In this document: in pieces, positions 35,004-50,900 of the stretch
Layout: each line of letters opens with the position of its first letter
How positions within the stretch are numbered: position 1 is the stretch's first letter
Source: Candidatus Saccharimonadales bacterium
Lineage (GTDB): Bacteria > Patescibacteriota > Saccharimonadia > Saccharimonadales > DASZAF01
NCBI GenBank assembly: GCA_035945435.1
Contig: DASZAF010000028.1
Span: forward strand, 692-64,691
DNA: 64,000 nucleotides
Direction of reading: 5' to 3'
The notes under the pieces: model-generated
What the model was told of the DNA's origin: nothing
The model's database searches: none
Seen by the model: only the letters and a program-made list of their open reading frames with translations
Made by a program: the position numbers and the translations under genes

Positions 35004-36413
35004 CCTGTTCCAGCAACTAGTCACAGCCAACTACCCCACGGGCGAGGTCATCGGGAGTGACCGCTTCCTCGTAACCGTCAAAGGACTCGATGGTGTCGGT
35101 GTCGGGGCGCTCGTCGTCTTCGAATCCGGCCAACGGGGCATGGTTAGAGAGCTTACAGATGAGACCGTTCTTATCCTGAACCTGCAGGGCGAGGAGACCA
35201 AGCTTGGTAGCTTAGTGGTTCTCCAGGACCACAGCATGAAGGCCGATGTTGGGGAAGCACTCATCGGCCGGATCGTTACTCCACTTGGCGAACCTCTCGA
35301 CGGCAAGGGGCCGATTCGGTACGAAGCTCAGTGGCCAGTCTATAACGAAGCACCCGGGCTGATAGAGCGGGAGCTACTCAAAGATCAACTCAGTAGCGGA
35401 GTGACGATCGTCGACTTTCTCTTTCCTATCGTTTTGGGGCAGCGTATCGCCATCCTCGGTGACGCTAAGTCCGGTAAGACGTCATTCCTGCTGCAGCTCG
35501 GCATGAACCAGACCGGCACCGACCGAATCGTCGTCTATGTTTTAATCGGCAAGCGGCGAGTCGAGATCGGCCAGACCATCGCCACTCTTCGAGAAACAGG
35601 GGCAATGGCCAACAGCATCTTAATCATCGCCGACATGTTTGACTCACTGGCCCAGTCGTATCTCGCCCCATACATCGGCTGTGCCATCGCCGAATACTTA
35701 TGGGCCAAGAAAGGTAAGGACGTCGTCGTAATTTACGACGACCTAACTAGTCACGCTAAGGTCTACCGCGAAGTTTCACTACTAACCAACGTCAGTCCGG
35801 GCCGTGACTCATACCCCGGCGACATGTTCTACGCGCACTCATCGTTGCTCGAACGGGCAGGCAAGTTGAAGAGCAACTCGAAAACGTTGACCGCCCTGCC
35901 AGTCGTCATCACACCTGGCGATGACATCACCGCCTTTCTGCCAACCAGTATTATGTCCATGACGGATGGCCAGATCATCTTCGATCTCCAGACATTTCGT
36001 CAAAATATCAGGCCAGCCGTCAATGTTGGTCTCTCGGTCTCACGTGTTGGGGGCCGGGCCCTTAACAACCGTCAAAAACTGCTCTCGGCAACTGTCACCA
36101 AACGACTGGCTGAATATCGACAGGCTCGTGAGTTTGCTCACTTCACTACCGATATCACACCTGAGTCTAAGCACGCCCTACAGCTTGGCATGCTGATCTA
36201 CGAAGTCTTCCGACAAGGCCCGCGCGAACTTCACCTACCGCTTGTGCAGGAGCTCATGCTGGAGACGGTTATCGCTAGCGGTGGAACGTCTGCCCTGAAT
36301 GTCAGTGACCTTAAGAAAAAGGCCAAGGAAGTCGCGCCAAAGATTAAAAATGCTGTCGACATCGACCTGGCTGTCCAGCAGTTACTCCAGACGACCCGTA
36401 TTGGAGGCACCTT

Positions 36414-36417
<4 letters not shown>
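34990..36417 (+). CDS. atpA: F-type ATP synthase subunit alpha
   Basis: P-loop GDAKSGKTSF. ...YLAPYIGCAIAEYLW...VVIYDDLTSHAKVYREVSLL...PGRDSYPGDMFYAHSSLLERAG aligns with the canonical alpha subunit. 475 aa, which is short. Confidence 0.92.
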
Positions 36418-38870
<2,453 letters not shown>

Positions 38871-38998
38871 CACTCAGTCTTTCCACAACTTTTCCACAGT
38901 TTGACCGCCTCTGTGTGACTCGGGGTTTTATTACAGGCATAAGCGTTGTATACTTTTGATGAGGTTTTAGAGAGACTAAAACAAAAATTTTTACAGAG

Positions 38999-41900
38999 GT
39001 GGAAGAGCGATCGCAATCGTCGAGCGCTCCCGCGGGAGCAAGCCCAGGCGTACAACCAGTTAGTACGCTTGATAATCAAGCTGCCCAAAATCCGGCAGTT
39101 GTTACTCAGACTGAACCGCAGCAGACCCCCGGTTTTGCTCCGACACCTGCTCCCGCAATTCAAGAGTCACCATCGCTATCTTTCTCGCAGAAGATGACCA
39201 GCTATTTTGGTGGTTTCCCCTACAAGATGGTCGGTCTTGGCTTGCTGGTCACAGCCATCTTGGTCGGAAGCGCATTGATCGCCGGCCATATCAGTACCGG
39301 ACGCAATACCAATAACCACATCAATAACTCGGTAGGTAGTTCAAACAGCGCAAAGGGCAGCTTCAACGCCATGGAACTCCCCCTCGGCCAACTGGCTAAT
39401 GGCAGTCAGCTTAATATCCAAAGCTCTCACAACTTAGTCATCAACGGTCAGCTTGATGTCAACAACTCCCTGGTTCTTTCCCCGAATGGCCAACCGACTA
39501 ACGCAGTAGCCGGCCAGCTCTACTTTGACCAGAAGACTGACGAGCTCAGCTACTTCAACGGCAGTCAGTTTGTAAACCTGCTTGGCAGTTCTCAATCAAA
39601 CTCAGCCCTCAACGGCTCGAGGGGCATTATCAACCTTGGCAACGGCCTGACTTCTTCGGGCGGCCAAATCTTTAACAGCGGCGTTCTCTCTTTGCAGGGT
39701 CAGGCGGGACAGATAAACCTAGGCAGCGGGTTAGCGATGAACGGCTCCACTTTGAGCGTCACCCAGTCCGGCAACGTATCGACTGGTGGTGCCGGCGGAG
39801 CAGCTGGCAGCCTAGCCGTATTCACGGGCGGTCAGACACTCGGTAACTCACTGATCAGTCAGACCGGTGCGACGGTTACCGTCAACGGCGGCTTGAACGT
39901 CACTGGAAATGTTAATCTGACAAACCCACTAGGTGTTGTACAAGGTGGCACCGGCGTTAGCAGTCTAGCTAGTGACGACCTCGTTGTCGGAGGCGGGACT
40001 GGGGCCCTCTCTACCATAGCCGCCAGCTCAGCGGGCCAATGTCTGCTCTCAACAAACGGAGCCCCACAATGGGTCAACTGTCCGGGTGGTACATTTAGCA
40101 GCCTCGACGGGCTGGCCGGTAACCTGACCCTAGCCGACTCAACCGGCAGCGGCAGCACAGTAACGATCGATACAGCCAGCAACACCCAGGAAGGTATAGC
40201 CTCATTCAACAATACCAACCTTATCGTCACGACCGGCCAAGTCGATACCGTCCAGGACATTAACCCCGGTTCAACCCCCACATTTGCCGGGCTGAATACG
40301 AACCAGATCTCACCCTCTAGCACAACCTTAACCGTCGGCGCAGCTGGCAAGACGACGACATTGCAGGGTGGCTTGACGACTATGTCCCAGACCAACAGCG
40401 GCTTTACGACATCACTTGGTTTCCAGACACCAACGGCAAACGTCACCTATCTACTCCAGACAACTGCCGCTGGGACGTATAACGTTTGTACGACTGCGGG
40501 CAACTGTACTGGTATTGGTGGTGGAGTAACAACTGCGGGCGGAACGATTAATACCATCCCGAAGTTCACGGCTGCTCAAGGTATCGGCAACTCGGAACTA
40601 AGCGACAGCGGTACAGTCGTGACAGATACTGGCGGGCTGACTGTCCAAGGAACCGTAACGCTAACCAACGCCTTGAGTGTCGGCAACGGCGGGACTGGCG
40701 CAAACAGTGCCAATGTCGCTCGTAGTAACTTGGGTGCAGCTGCAAGCGGCTCCAACTCTGACATCACCTCACTTTCTGGACTCACTACCGCACTAAGTGT
40801 CCTCCAGGGTGGAACTGGAACAACCTCATTGACAGCCAATGGAGTGCTCCTGGGTAACGGCACTGGAGCAATATCCTCGCTCGTCGCTGGGTCTAGTAAC
40901 GACTGCCTCGTCTCCACTTCAGGTGCGCCGGTCTGGACAACCTGTCCAGATACCGGCGTCAGTCTCCTCGACGGCTTGGCAGGCTCTCTGACAATCGCCA
41001 ACTCAACTGGCAGCGGCAGCACAGTTACCATTCAGAATGCTTCAACCAGTCAACTTGGTCTGGCTGAGTTCAATTCGACCAACTTTACGGTTAGTTCTGG
41101 CATCGCCAATACTGTTCAAAACATTAACACGGCTGCCACACCGACTTTCGCAACTCTGAACTTAACTTCCAGCCAGGTTTCAAACGCCATGTTGCTGGTT
41201 AACAACACGAATACCGGCACGACTGGAAACCTGCTAGATCTTCAGTTGAATGGAAGTAGCAAACTACATGTCGACGCAAGTGGTAATATCACCCTCAACG
41301 GGACGGTTAACGGTCAGACCATTTCAAGTGCGGCCAGCTTAACAGGAAGCTTGGCGGTGGCTGGTGCAGCAAACCTAAACGGCGGCGCGACGGTGACCGG
41401 CACACTTACGGCCAACACCATCACGCCGACCGCGCCGATGACCATCGGATCAAGTAGCCAAACGCTGACCATCCAAGGCAACGGGTCAACGGAGCTCACG
41501 GCGACAAACGGCAGCTCGACAACCACTCTCGGTTTCCAGACACCAACGGCAAACGTCACCTATCTACTCCAGACAGCGGCTGCAGGTACTTACAATATCT
41601 GTACCACGGTTGGCAACTGTTCAGGTGTTGGCGGCGGGGTGACGACATCGGGCGGAACGACCGGCGATTTAGCCGTCTTCACCGGTTCGCAGGTAATCGG
41701 CAACTCACTCATAAGCGAGTCAGGTGGAACAGTTACTGTTAACGGTAATATCAACCTCACAACTGGCAACCAGTTCCAGATAAATGGCTCACAGATTGCT
41801 AGTTCAAATCTTTCTGACTCGTCAAATCTGGCTAAGCTAAACGCCACTCAGACCTTCACGGGAGGGAGCAATGTCTTCGCGAACAACAGCAACTCCTCGA

Positions 41901-44900
41901 GCGAATTCGTGATTCAGAACGCTTCAAACTTCAACCTGCTAAACGTTAACAGCAGTACGGGAGTTATTACGGTTGGCAACGTCACCGCGACTTCTGGCCA
42001 AGGTGTTGCTGGGGCCATTGCCTTCGCAGACGGCACCAACGATAACTTTGGTCTAACTGTTGAGTCCACCACTTTAACGGCAAATCAAACTATCAGTTTC
42101 CCCAACCTAACTGGAACGGTCTGTTTGGAAAACTCAACAGCTTGTGGCTTTGCAACGAGTAGCGGTTCTGGCAATTATGTCAACAACACGACGAGTACCC
42201 AAGCGGCTAACTTTGACGTCCAGGCGGCACTTAGCGGAACCGTGGCTGGAACCCTCGAGGCTAACGCTTCGGGGACTGGCGATATTCTGGATCTGGAAAA
42301 CGGCAGTGGGGCAAAAGTAGCAACGTTTGGAAGTTCGGGTAGCGCATTCTTCCAAGCATCATCAGACGCCACGAACGCCTTCAATATCGAATATGCTGGC
42401 GGGTCGAGCGACTCCAATAACGTCTTCAACGTCGATACCATTGATAACTACACCAACAGCGCTGGTGCGCTCAACATTGTAGGTGGTGAGACAGTTAACA
42501 GCCTAACCTCCACATATGTCAACGAGCCTATGGTCGTTGCGCCAAAAGGTAAGCTACTTAACCAAGCGACATACAGTAGCGGGGGCCAGTATGTTCAACT
42601 TAACCCAGCCACCAACAATACGTGGGGTGCTTTGCAATACGACTCGACCAATCCAGGTTCTTACTTTACGGCGACTTGGCAGATGTTTACCGGCGGTGGG
42701 ACCGGCGCAGACTCGCAGTACTTCTACTGGGGGGGCACGACGACACCGATCAACGAGACGAGTGCAACCGGCGGCTACATGGTCAGCTGGGATGAACACA
42801 CGAATACGATCAGCCTGCTTTATAATGGCACCTCGCTTGATAGTGCCAGCCAGACGGGTATGAACAACTCAACATGGACGAACGTCCAAGTCACCGAAGC
42901 TGGCGACGTTATTACAGTCTACTGGAACGGCACTCAGGAGTTCTCATACACTGATTCTAATAGAGGGCTTGGTGGCTCGATTATGGGTTGGGGTGCACGA
43001 AGTGGAGCTCTCAACAACAACCACCGCGTTCGTAACCTTCTCGTAACCGATAATATCCCCACACCCTCGATCACCCAGCACGGTGCAACAGGCTCAACTA
43101 CCTATGCGTACGAGATTACCGTTCAAACCAGTATGGGAGGTCAGAGCGCACCCTCAACGGCGACGCAGGTAACCAGCGGCCCAGGCACACTGACAGGCAC
43201 TAACTACAACACCGTCTCCTGGCCGGCAGTACCTGGCGCTACTAGCTACAACGTCTATCGTACGGTCGGCGGGACTACCACTGGCCTCATCGGCAATACG
43301 ACGAGTCTGTCACTTAACGATACTGGTTTAACTGGGACAAATAGCGTTCCAACGACCGATACATCCGGATCACTGACTCTTAATGGCGGGCCTTTGGTAG
43401 TTGAGAACACATCCGGTCTTACCGACCTAGCCGTCAATAACGGTACGGGCGCCCTGTCTCTTGGTAACGTCACCAGCGCCACGGGCGACGGGGTGGCTGG
43501 CAGTGTCATCTTCGCTGACGGCACCGCTGATGGATTTGGAATGACCGTAGATACGGCGACCTTAACGGCCAATCAGACGATTGCGTTCCCGAATGCAAGT
43601 GGCACGGTTTGTTTGGATAACTCAGTTTCGTGTGGATTCGCTGCAAGCAGTGGATCGGGCAGCTATATTCAGAACGGGACAGGTACTCAAAGTGCTAACT
43701 TCAATGTCCAAGCGGCCACAAGTGGCAGTATAGCCGGGGTCCTTGAAGCAAACTCCTCAGGCACCGGCGACATTCTGGATCTTGAGAACGGAAGCGGAGC
43801 AAAAGTGGCAACGTTTGGAAGCAGCGGTGCTACAACGTTTGAGAACAGCACTAACTCTGCCAATGCACTACTAGTTGAGAATGCCTCAGGATATAACCTG
43901 CTGAACGTCAACTCGAGTACTGGTGCCCTGACCCTAGGCAATATCACTTCCACATCCGGGCATGGGGTCCAAGGTGCGGTCGCGTTTGCCGATGGTACCA
44001 ACGATAACTTTGGCATGACGATCGAAAGCCTGACTCTGACTAACAACCAGACCATCTCATTCCCCAACTTAAGCGGCACCGTCTGCCTAGAAGGATCGGC
44101 CGCTTGTGGCTTTGCTACCAGCAGTGGATCGGGCAGCTACGTAAACAACACCACTGCTACGCAAGCCGCCAACTTCAACGTCCAAGCTGCGACGAGCGGT
44201 AGTGTGGCCGGCGTACTTGAAGCCAATAACACTGGGACGGGAGACATCCTCGATTTGGAGAACGGAAGCGGTGCTAAAGTTGGGACAATTGCCTACGCAG
44301 GCGCAACGCTCTTCCAGAACTCTACCAACTCGGCTAATGCATTTGAGATTGAAAACGCAGCCGGATACAACTTGTTGAATATTAATAGCACCACCGGACT
44401 ACTAAGTCTCGGCAACATTACGAGTACCTCGGGCCAAGGTGTTGCGGGTCAAATTTCCCTAGCTGACGGCACCAACGATAACTTTGGTCTAACTGTTGAG
44501 TCCACCACTTTAACGGCAAATCAAACTATCAGTTTCCCCAATCTGACAGGGACTGTCTGTCTGGAGAGTTCGTCGGCCTGCGGATTCGCTCCGTCAACAG
44601 GTTCAGGGAATTATATTCAGAATGGCACATCCACCCAAAGTGCCAACTTCAACGTCCAAGCTGCGACGAGCGGGAGTGTGGCGGGCGTGCTGGAGGCAAA
44701 CAGCTCGGGTACCGGAGATATCTTAGATCTTGAAAACGGCAGTGGGGCGAAGGTGGCAACGTTTGGTTATAACGGGATTGTCACCCTCCAGAACTCGACC
44801 AACTCCACAAACGCTCTGCAGGTTGAGACTTCTGGTGGTTCACCGACGACGGTCTTTAACGTTGATACAACGAATGACAGAGTTGGCATCGGCACAAACT

Positions 44901-47900
44901 CGCCATCAGCGGTAGTAAGTATTAATAATGCAGGCTCTGCTTCGCAAGCAGACCTCAATATTAAAGCCGCTTCTGGACAGACTGGTGATTTGATCGATGT
45001 GCTTGACTCGAACGGCAACGTGCTCGCTCATACCGATAGTAATGGCAACTACACTGGGATAGGTACCATCACGACTCTCGGAGTTCTTCACTGGCCAACA
45101 GGCACCTCGGCAACTGCGACGAGTGGGAGCGGTCTAGCCAGTAGCACCAAATACTACTATGAGATCACTGCCACAAACGTTGACGGAGAAACAGAGGGAT
45201 CTCCATCGTTTAACGCCACGACTGGAGCTGGCGTCAACGACCAGATCACACTGACTTGGAACGCTGACAACGGGGCGACCGGCTATAAGATTTACATGAA
45301 TACGAGCAATAGCTTTACTTCTGGTTCACTGCTGCTGACTACAATTTCAGGAGGCAGCACTACGAGCTATATAGACTCAACGACTACGACAAGCGCCGGG
45401 ACACCTCCGACATCTCCACCTGCAGTCAATGGGCTATGCGTAGAGAACTATTCAGGCAGTTGTTCATTCTACGTCAATCAGTATGGCAACTCAGATTCTG
45501 CTGCGGGCATGACAGTCAGTGGGCAGACCGGAAGTAACAATCAGGCATCGAACCTTCTCGTAGAAGAGAGCGGTAACATTGCCGGAGAAGTTGTTGAGGG
45601 CAGCAGCACCGTTGCTGCTATACAGATACAAGATGCTGGCAACGGAGACACTCTCAGCCAATTTGGTTCTAACGGCGCTTATACGACCTACGGCACCAAC
45701 ACCGGTCTTCTCGCCCTTGCCACACCCGCATTTACTACAGCTCCGACTGGTACCAGCTTTTACTATGTCATCACGGCTACAAACTCAACCGGTGAGACTG
45801 TCCAGAGTGCATCCCTCGGCATGTCTAACAACACAAGCGCCCTCGCGTGGTCAGTTGTCCCAGGGGCTACCGGCTACAAGATCTACCGCAACTCATCAAA
45901 CAACTTTACATCAGGAGCGCGCCTACTAAAGACAATTACCAGCGGTCAAACTACAAGCTATACCGATACCGGATCCGCTACGACTACTGGTCTCCCACCC
46001 ACAGCTCCGAATGGGACAACCCTGACCCTGCAGAGCTGGGGCGGACAGGTAAACCCTCTTCAGACATTTGAAAATAGTGCCGGTACAACAGTCGGTACAA
46101 TTAGCGCAACCGGCACCGCACTCTTCGAAAACTCGACTAACTCAGCTAACGCTTTCGAGATTGAAAATTCATCAGGTTACAACATCCTAAACGTCAACAC
46201 AAGCACCGGGGCTCTGACGGTCGGTAACATCACTTCTGCTTCGGGTCAAGGCGTCCAGGGCAGTATCATCCTCGCTGACGGGACTAACGACAACTTCGGT
46301 TTGACCCTTGATTCCAACACCCTAACTGCCAACCAAACCATTGCCTTCCCCAACTCATCAGGAACCGTCTGTCTAATCGGTGGAACAGCCTGTGGTTTCA
46401 TTCTCAACCAGACGTCTCAGCAAGCCAGCAGTAACTTCAATATATCTGGCACAGGCATCGCAGGGGTTTTGGAAGCCAACACAAATGGTCAATCCCTCTA
46501 CGTCGGAGACACCACTAACACATCGGTTAATATGAGCTTCAACGGTCGGGCTTTCTATGGGTATGACGGCCAACACGCTGTTGTCCAATCAGGTCCAGGA
46601 CACGGTATTAACTTCGATGTAGGTAGCGGCACTTTTGGTAACGGCACAGTGGCCTCCATCAGCTCCACAGGTGCTGCGAACTTTGAGAATAACACCAACT
46701 CAGCAACAGCGTTCGTGGTAGAAAACTCGTCCGGCTATAACAACCTGGCCGTCAATACATCTACTGGAGCCCTAACCCTTGGGAACATTACTAGCACATC
46801 TGGTCAGGGGGTCCAAGGCTCGGCTATCCTCGCAGACGGCACTAACGACAACTTTGGCTTAACCTTACAGTCCACCACTTTAACGACCAACCAAACGATA
46901 ACATTCCCCAACCTGACAGGCACCGTCTGTCTAGACAACTCGACTGCCTGTGGGTTCGCGACCAGCAGCGGATCGGGCAGTTACATCCAAAACGGAACGA
47001 GCACGCAGAGCGCCAACTTCAACGTACAGGCTGCGACAAGCGGTAGCGTGGCTGGCGTTCTTGAGGCAAATTCGGGTGGCACCGGGGATATTTTAGATCT
47101 GGAGAACGGAAGTGGAATCAAAGTGGCAACAGTTGGAAGCAGCGGTGCAACAAACTTCGAGAATAGTACAAACTCGACAAACGCTTTCGCAGTAGAGAAT
47201 GCGTCAGGTGACAGCCTTCTAAACAGCGACACCACAGGCACCGGCAACCTTATCACTAACCCTGGCTTCGAAGGTGGAACGACTGGTTGGTCGGCTAAAG
47301 GAAGCGCCACCATTAGCCAGGTCAATACGCAGGCACTATTTGGGGCAGACTCTTTGAAGATCTCGACTACTGCCGCTGCTAACGATGGGGCCGAATACTC
47401 GGTTAACTTGGCCAGCTCAACGACGTATACCCTCTCCATGTACATCAAATCCGGTTCAGGCAACCCAACCACTCTCGAGCTGGGACGTTCAGAGAACGGC
47501 TCGACCAATACCACTTGTGCGACTAGCCAGGACGCGTTCTCCGGTCAATGGTACCAAGACAACTGTACCTTCACCACCGGAACGACGTCAGGTTCAACCT
47601 ATATCTATATTGATCAGTCAGACGCTACTTCCCGCACCCTTTATATAGATAATGTTGACTTGGTGCAATCGGCGTCAGTCCCCGTATATGAAGAAGGTCA
47701 TACTACCTTCGACAGCAATATCGATGTCAATGGCAGCTACAGCCAAGCCAGTACCACCAATGCCGCAGCGCTTATTACTGCAGAGTCGGGTGGTAACGGC
47801 TTGGTCGTTCTTGGCGCACCCAATGCCAACGTCACCCGTAACGCTTTTGACGTTGAGAATAACACCGATACTACTTCATACTTCCATGTAAGCGATACAT

Positions 47901-50900
47901 TCGGTGATACAGTCGTTAATGGCGGAAGTACGTTCTACGGCACGCCAGCATTCAATGTTAATACTCTCGCCGCTGGTGCGGTCGCCGAGCAAATCAGTGG
48001 CGCATCAGGCCAGACTGGCAACTTGGTTAACTACACTGATAGCCACAATGTCGCTCTCAGTAGCATTACCTCTTCTGGCGGATTTACCAGTTACGGGGCT
48101 AACAACTCCTTACTTGCTCTGACCACACCAGCGCTTAATACTCCCGGTCTGGCTGCAGGTGGTTCACTGACTACCGGCACCACATACTACTATGTTATGA
48201 CGGCCACAAATGCAGCCGGCGAGACAGTCGCCTCTTCCAGCGTCAACGACACGCCGACTACCGGCAACGACACCATCACTCTATCCTGGACTCAGATTCC
48301 TGGGGCAACTGGCTACAAGGTCTACCGAAATACAAGTAATAGCTTTACTTCAGGGTCGCTCCTTCTAACAACCATCACTAACGGAGCCACTGTCAGCTAC
48401 TCTGACACTGGGACAGCTACAACGAGTGGTCTACCGCCAACCACACCAGCTGGTACATCATTGACCCTGCAGAGTTGGGGTGGCCAGACCGCCAATTCGC
48501 TGGCAATTGAGAACTCGAGCGGTTCCACCATCGCGGCCATAACGGCAGGGGGTAATATAGACACCGCTTCTGCCTTCGATATCATGAGCAGCGCGACACT
48601 CAATATCGGAACTGCAAATGCTACCGCAATTAATATAGGCAATAGTTCTGCCAATAACTCGACGACAATCAACGGGATTGGTGTCGTCAAGACAAACGGC
48701 AGTGACTCAACGACCGCCTTCATGGTCGAGAACCACTTAGGTGTTGCCGATCTCTTCGTTGATACCGTCAACGATCGGACGACCGTCGGCTCGGGTAGCT
48801 CATCAGGGTCAACGTTCACTGTTAACGGAACATCTGCACTTGGTGACGGAAGCTCGACTCAAGAGTTCTACGTTGCTAACGCAAGCAGCAACCCAGTTCT
48901 CAATGTTGATACGACCAACGGGATAGTCCAAATCGGCAACGCCAGCGCTACGGCCGGCCAAGACGTAACGGGAATCTTAGAACTCGCCGACGGCACCACA
49001 GATAACTTCGGCCTCAAGGTCGAGACCAACACTCTGACGGGTAACCAGACTGTTAAATTCCCCAATGCTTCAGGTACGGTCTGTCTGAATACTCAGAACT
49101 GTAACTTTACTGGTACAGGCTACATCGTTAACAACACCACAACCCAATCCGGTAACTTTAACGTGCAGGCTGCGACGAGTGGTAGTGTGACTGCTGTTCT
49201 GGAAGCAAACAGCGGTGGGACAGGAGACATCTTAGACCTCAAGAACGGGAGCGGAGTACAGGTAGGTATGTTCGGGAGCAGCGGTCAAGCCGAGTTTGAG
49301 AACAGTACTAACTCTCTGACCGCCTTTGAGGTTGAAAACTCTGGAGGAACTTCAATACTGACCGGGGATACGACAAACAACAGAGTAGCCTTCGGTGCTT
49401 CCGAAACAGCCATGAGTACACCTACTGGTCTGTCCGTCGGGACCGCTACTTCAGGGGGCAGTCTAGCTGCAACGACAACCTACTACTATAAGGTCACTGC
49501 CATAGATAGTGCAGGCGGAGAGACAGCCGCTTCAACCGAAGCCTCAGGTGCAACAACTTCATCTAATCTCACTCTGCCCGTTACCTGGACGGCTGTAACT
49601 GGCGCAAGCGGTTACCGAGTCTACCGAGCTACGACAAGCGGCAGCGAAGTGTACCTGACCACAACACTCACCACTGGCTACACCGACAACGGCAATCTTG
49701 TTGCCGGGACGGCAGTAGCCCCAGCTTCCAACACCGCTTACACCTCAGCCGCCCTCACAAGTAACGACCTCCAGGTGCTTGTAGGCGGGATGGGTACCCC
49801 GACTGGCCAGGAGTATGTCGGCGGCAACCTGCCGACCGGAGCCATCGGCAACTATAGCCTGGGCAGTGGCGCATCACCGGAAGGAATCTTTGTCCAAGGC
49901 AACTATGCATACGTCATCAATAACGGCAGTAGCCTCATGGACGTCATTGATATCTCCAATCCGGCCAGCCCTTCACTTATCAGCCAGCCTTCGATTGGCA
50001 ACAACCCGCGTTACGTGTACGTTAGCGGCCAGTATGCTTATGTCTGCAACTACACCTCCAACACCGTACAGATCTTCGATGTCGCTAATCCATCGAACGT
50101 GTCCTCGGTCAGCACCATCGCGACAGGTACAGGTACCCACCCGGTTGATGTCTACGTCCAAGGTAAATACGCCTACGTCGTTCTCAATACCACAGCCCAA
50201 TTAGAAGTCTATGACGTCTCCAACCCCGCCGCGCCAGTAGCCCTCGGTCAAGTATCTCTCGCAAGCTCGCCACGTTATATCTACGTGAATGGCAACTTTG
50301 CCTATATAGCTGGTAATGGTGGCAACCAGATACAGGTAGTAAACGTTGCAACGCCAACAAGCCCGGTTGTCGTTAACTCGACCTCAACCGGTTCGAATAG
50401 CAACCCGTACCAAGTCACTGTCCAAGGCCGATATCTTTACGTAACGACGACGAATACCAACCATAGCAACTTGATGACCTTCGATATCTCTAATCCGACG
50501 TCGCCAGTCCTCGATAGCACCTTCGCCGTAGGCGCGGGCACTACTCCTCAGGCTGTTCAGGTTCAAGGTCGGTACGCGTACATCATTAACAACGGCACCA
50601 ATACCATGCAGATCGTGGACATCTCTAACCCTGATAACCCCATCAGCGATGGAACCGTCTCTACAGGAAGCGGCTCAGGACCATTCGATATGAAAGTCGT
50701 TGGTCGGTACGCATACGTTACAAACAACTCGACCAACAATCTGCTCGTTTACGACCTCGGCGGTTCATATATCCAGCAGCTACAGGCGGGTGGCGCAGAA
50801 TTCGGCACACTTCAAGTCGATGCCAACGCAACGGTCGCCGGTGACCAGAACGTTCAAGGCGGGCTATCAGTAGGGCAACACCTTGAAGTCAACGGCAACG

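Noticed and set aside
43390-49330. Regularly spaced repeats that could be mistaken for a CRISPR array or a DGR template/variable-repeat pair
   Set aside because: The units are 420-560 nt long, contiguous and in frame within one ORF, and have no unique spacers. No cas genes or reverse transcriptase lie in the window. Mismatches between copies involve all bases (e.g. c/t and a/t differences) and are not adenine-specific.
50390-50398. GGTTCGAAT, a T-loop-like tRNA signature
   Set aside because: It lies inside the giant coding frame with no acceptor or anticodon stem complementarity around it. No tRNA-like cloverleaf was found in any intergenic gap.
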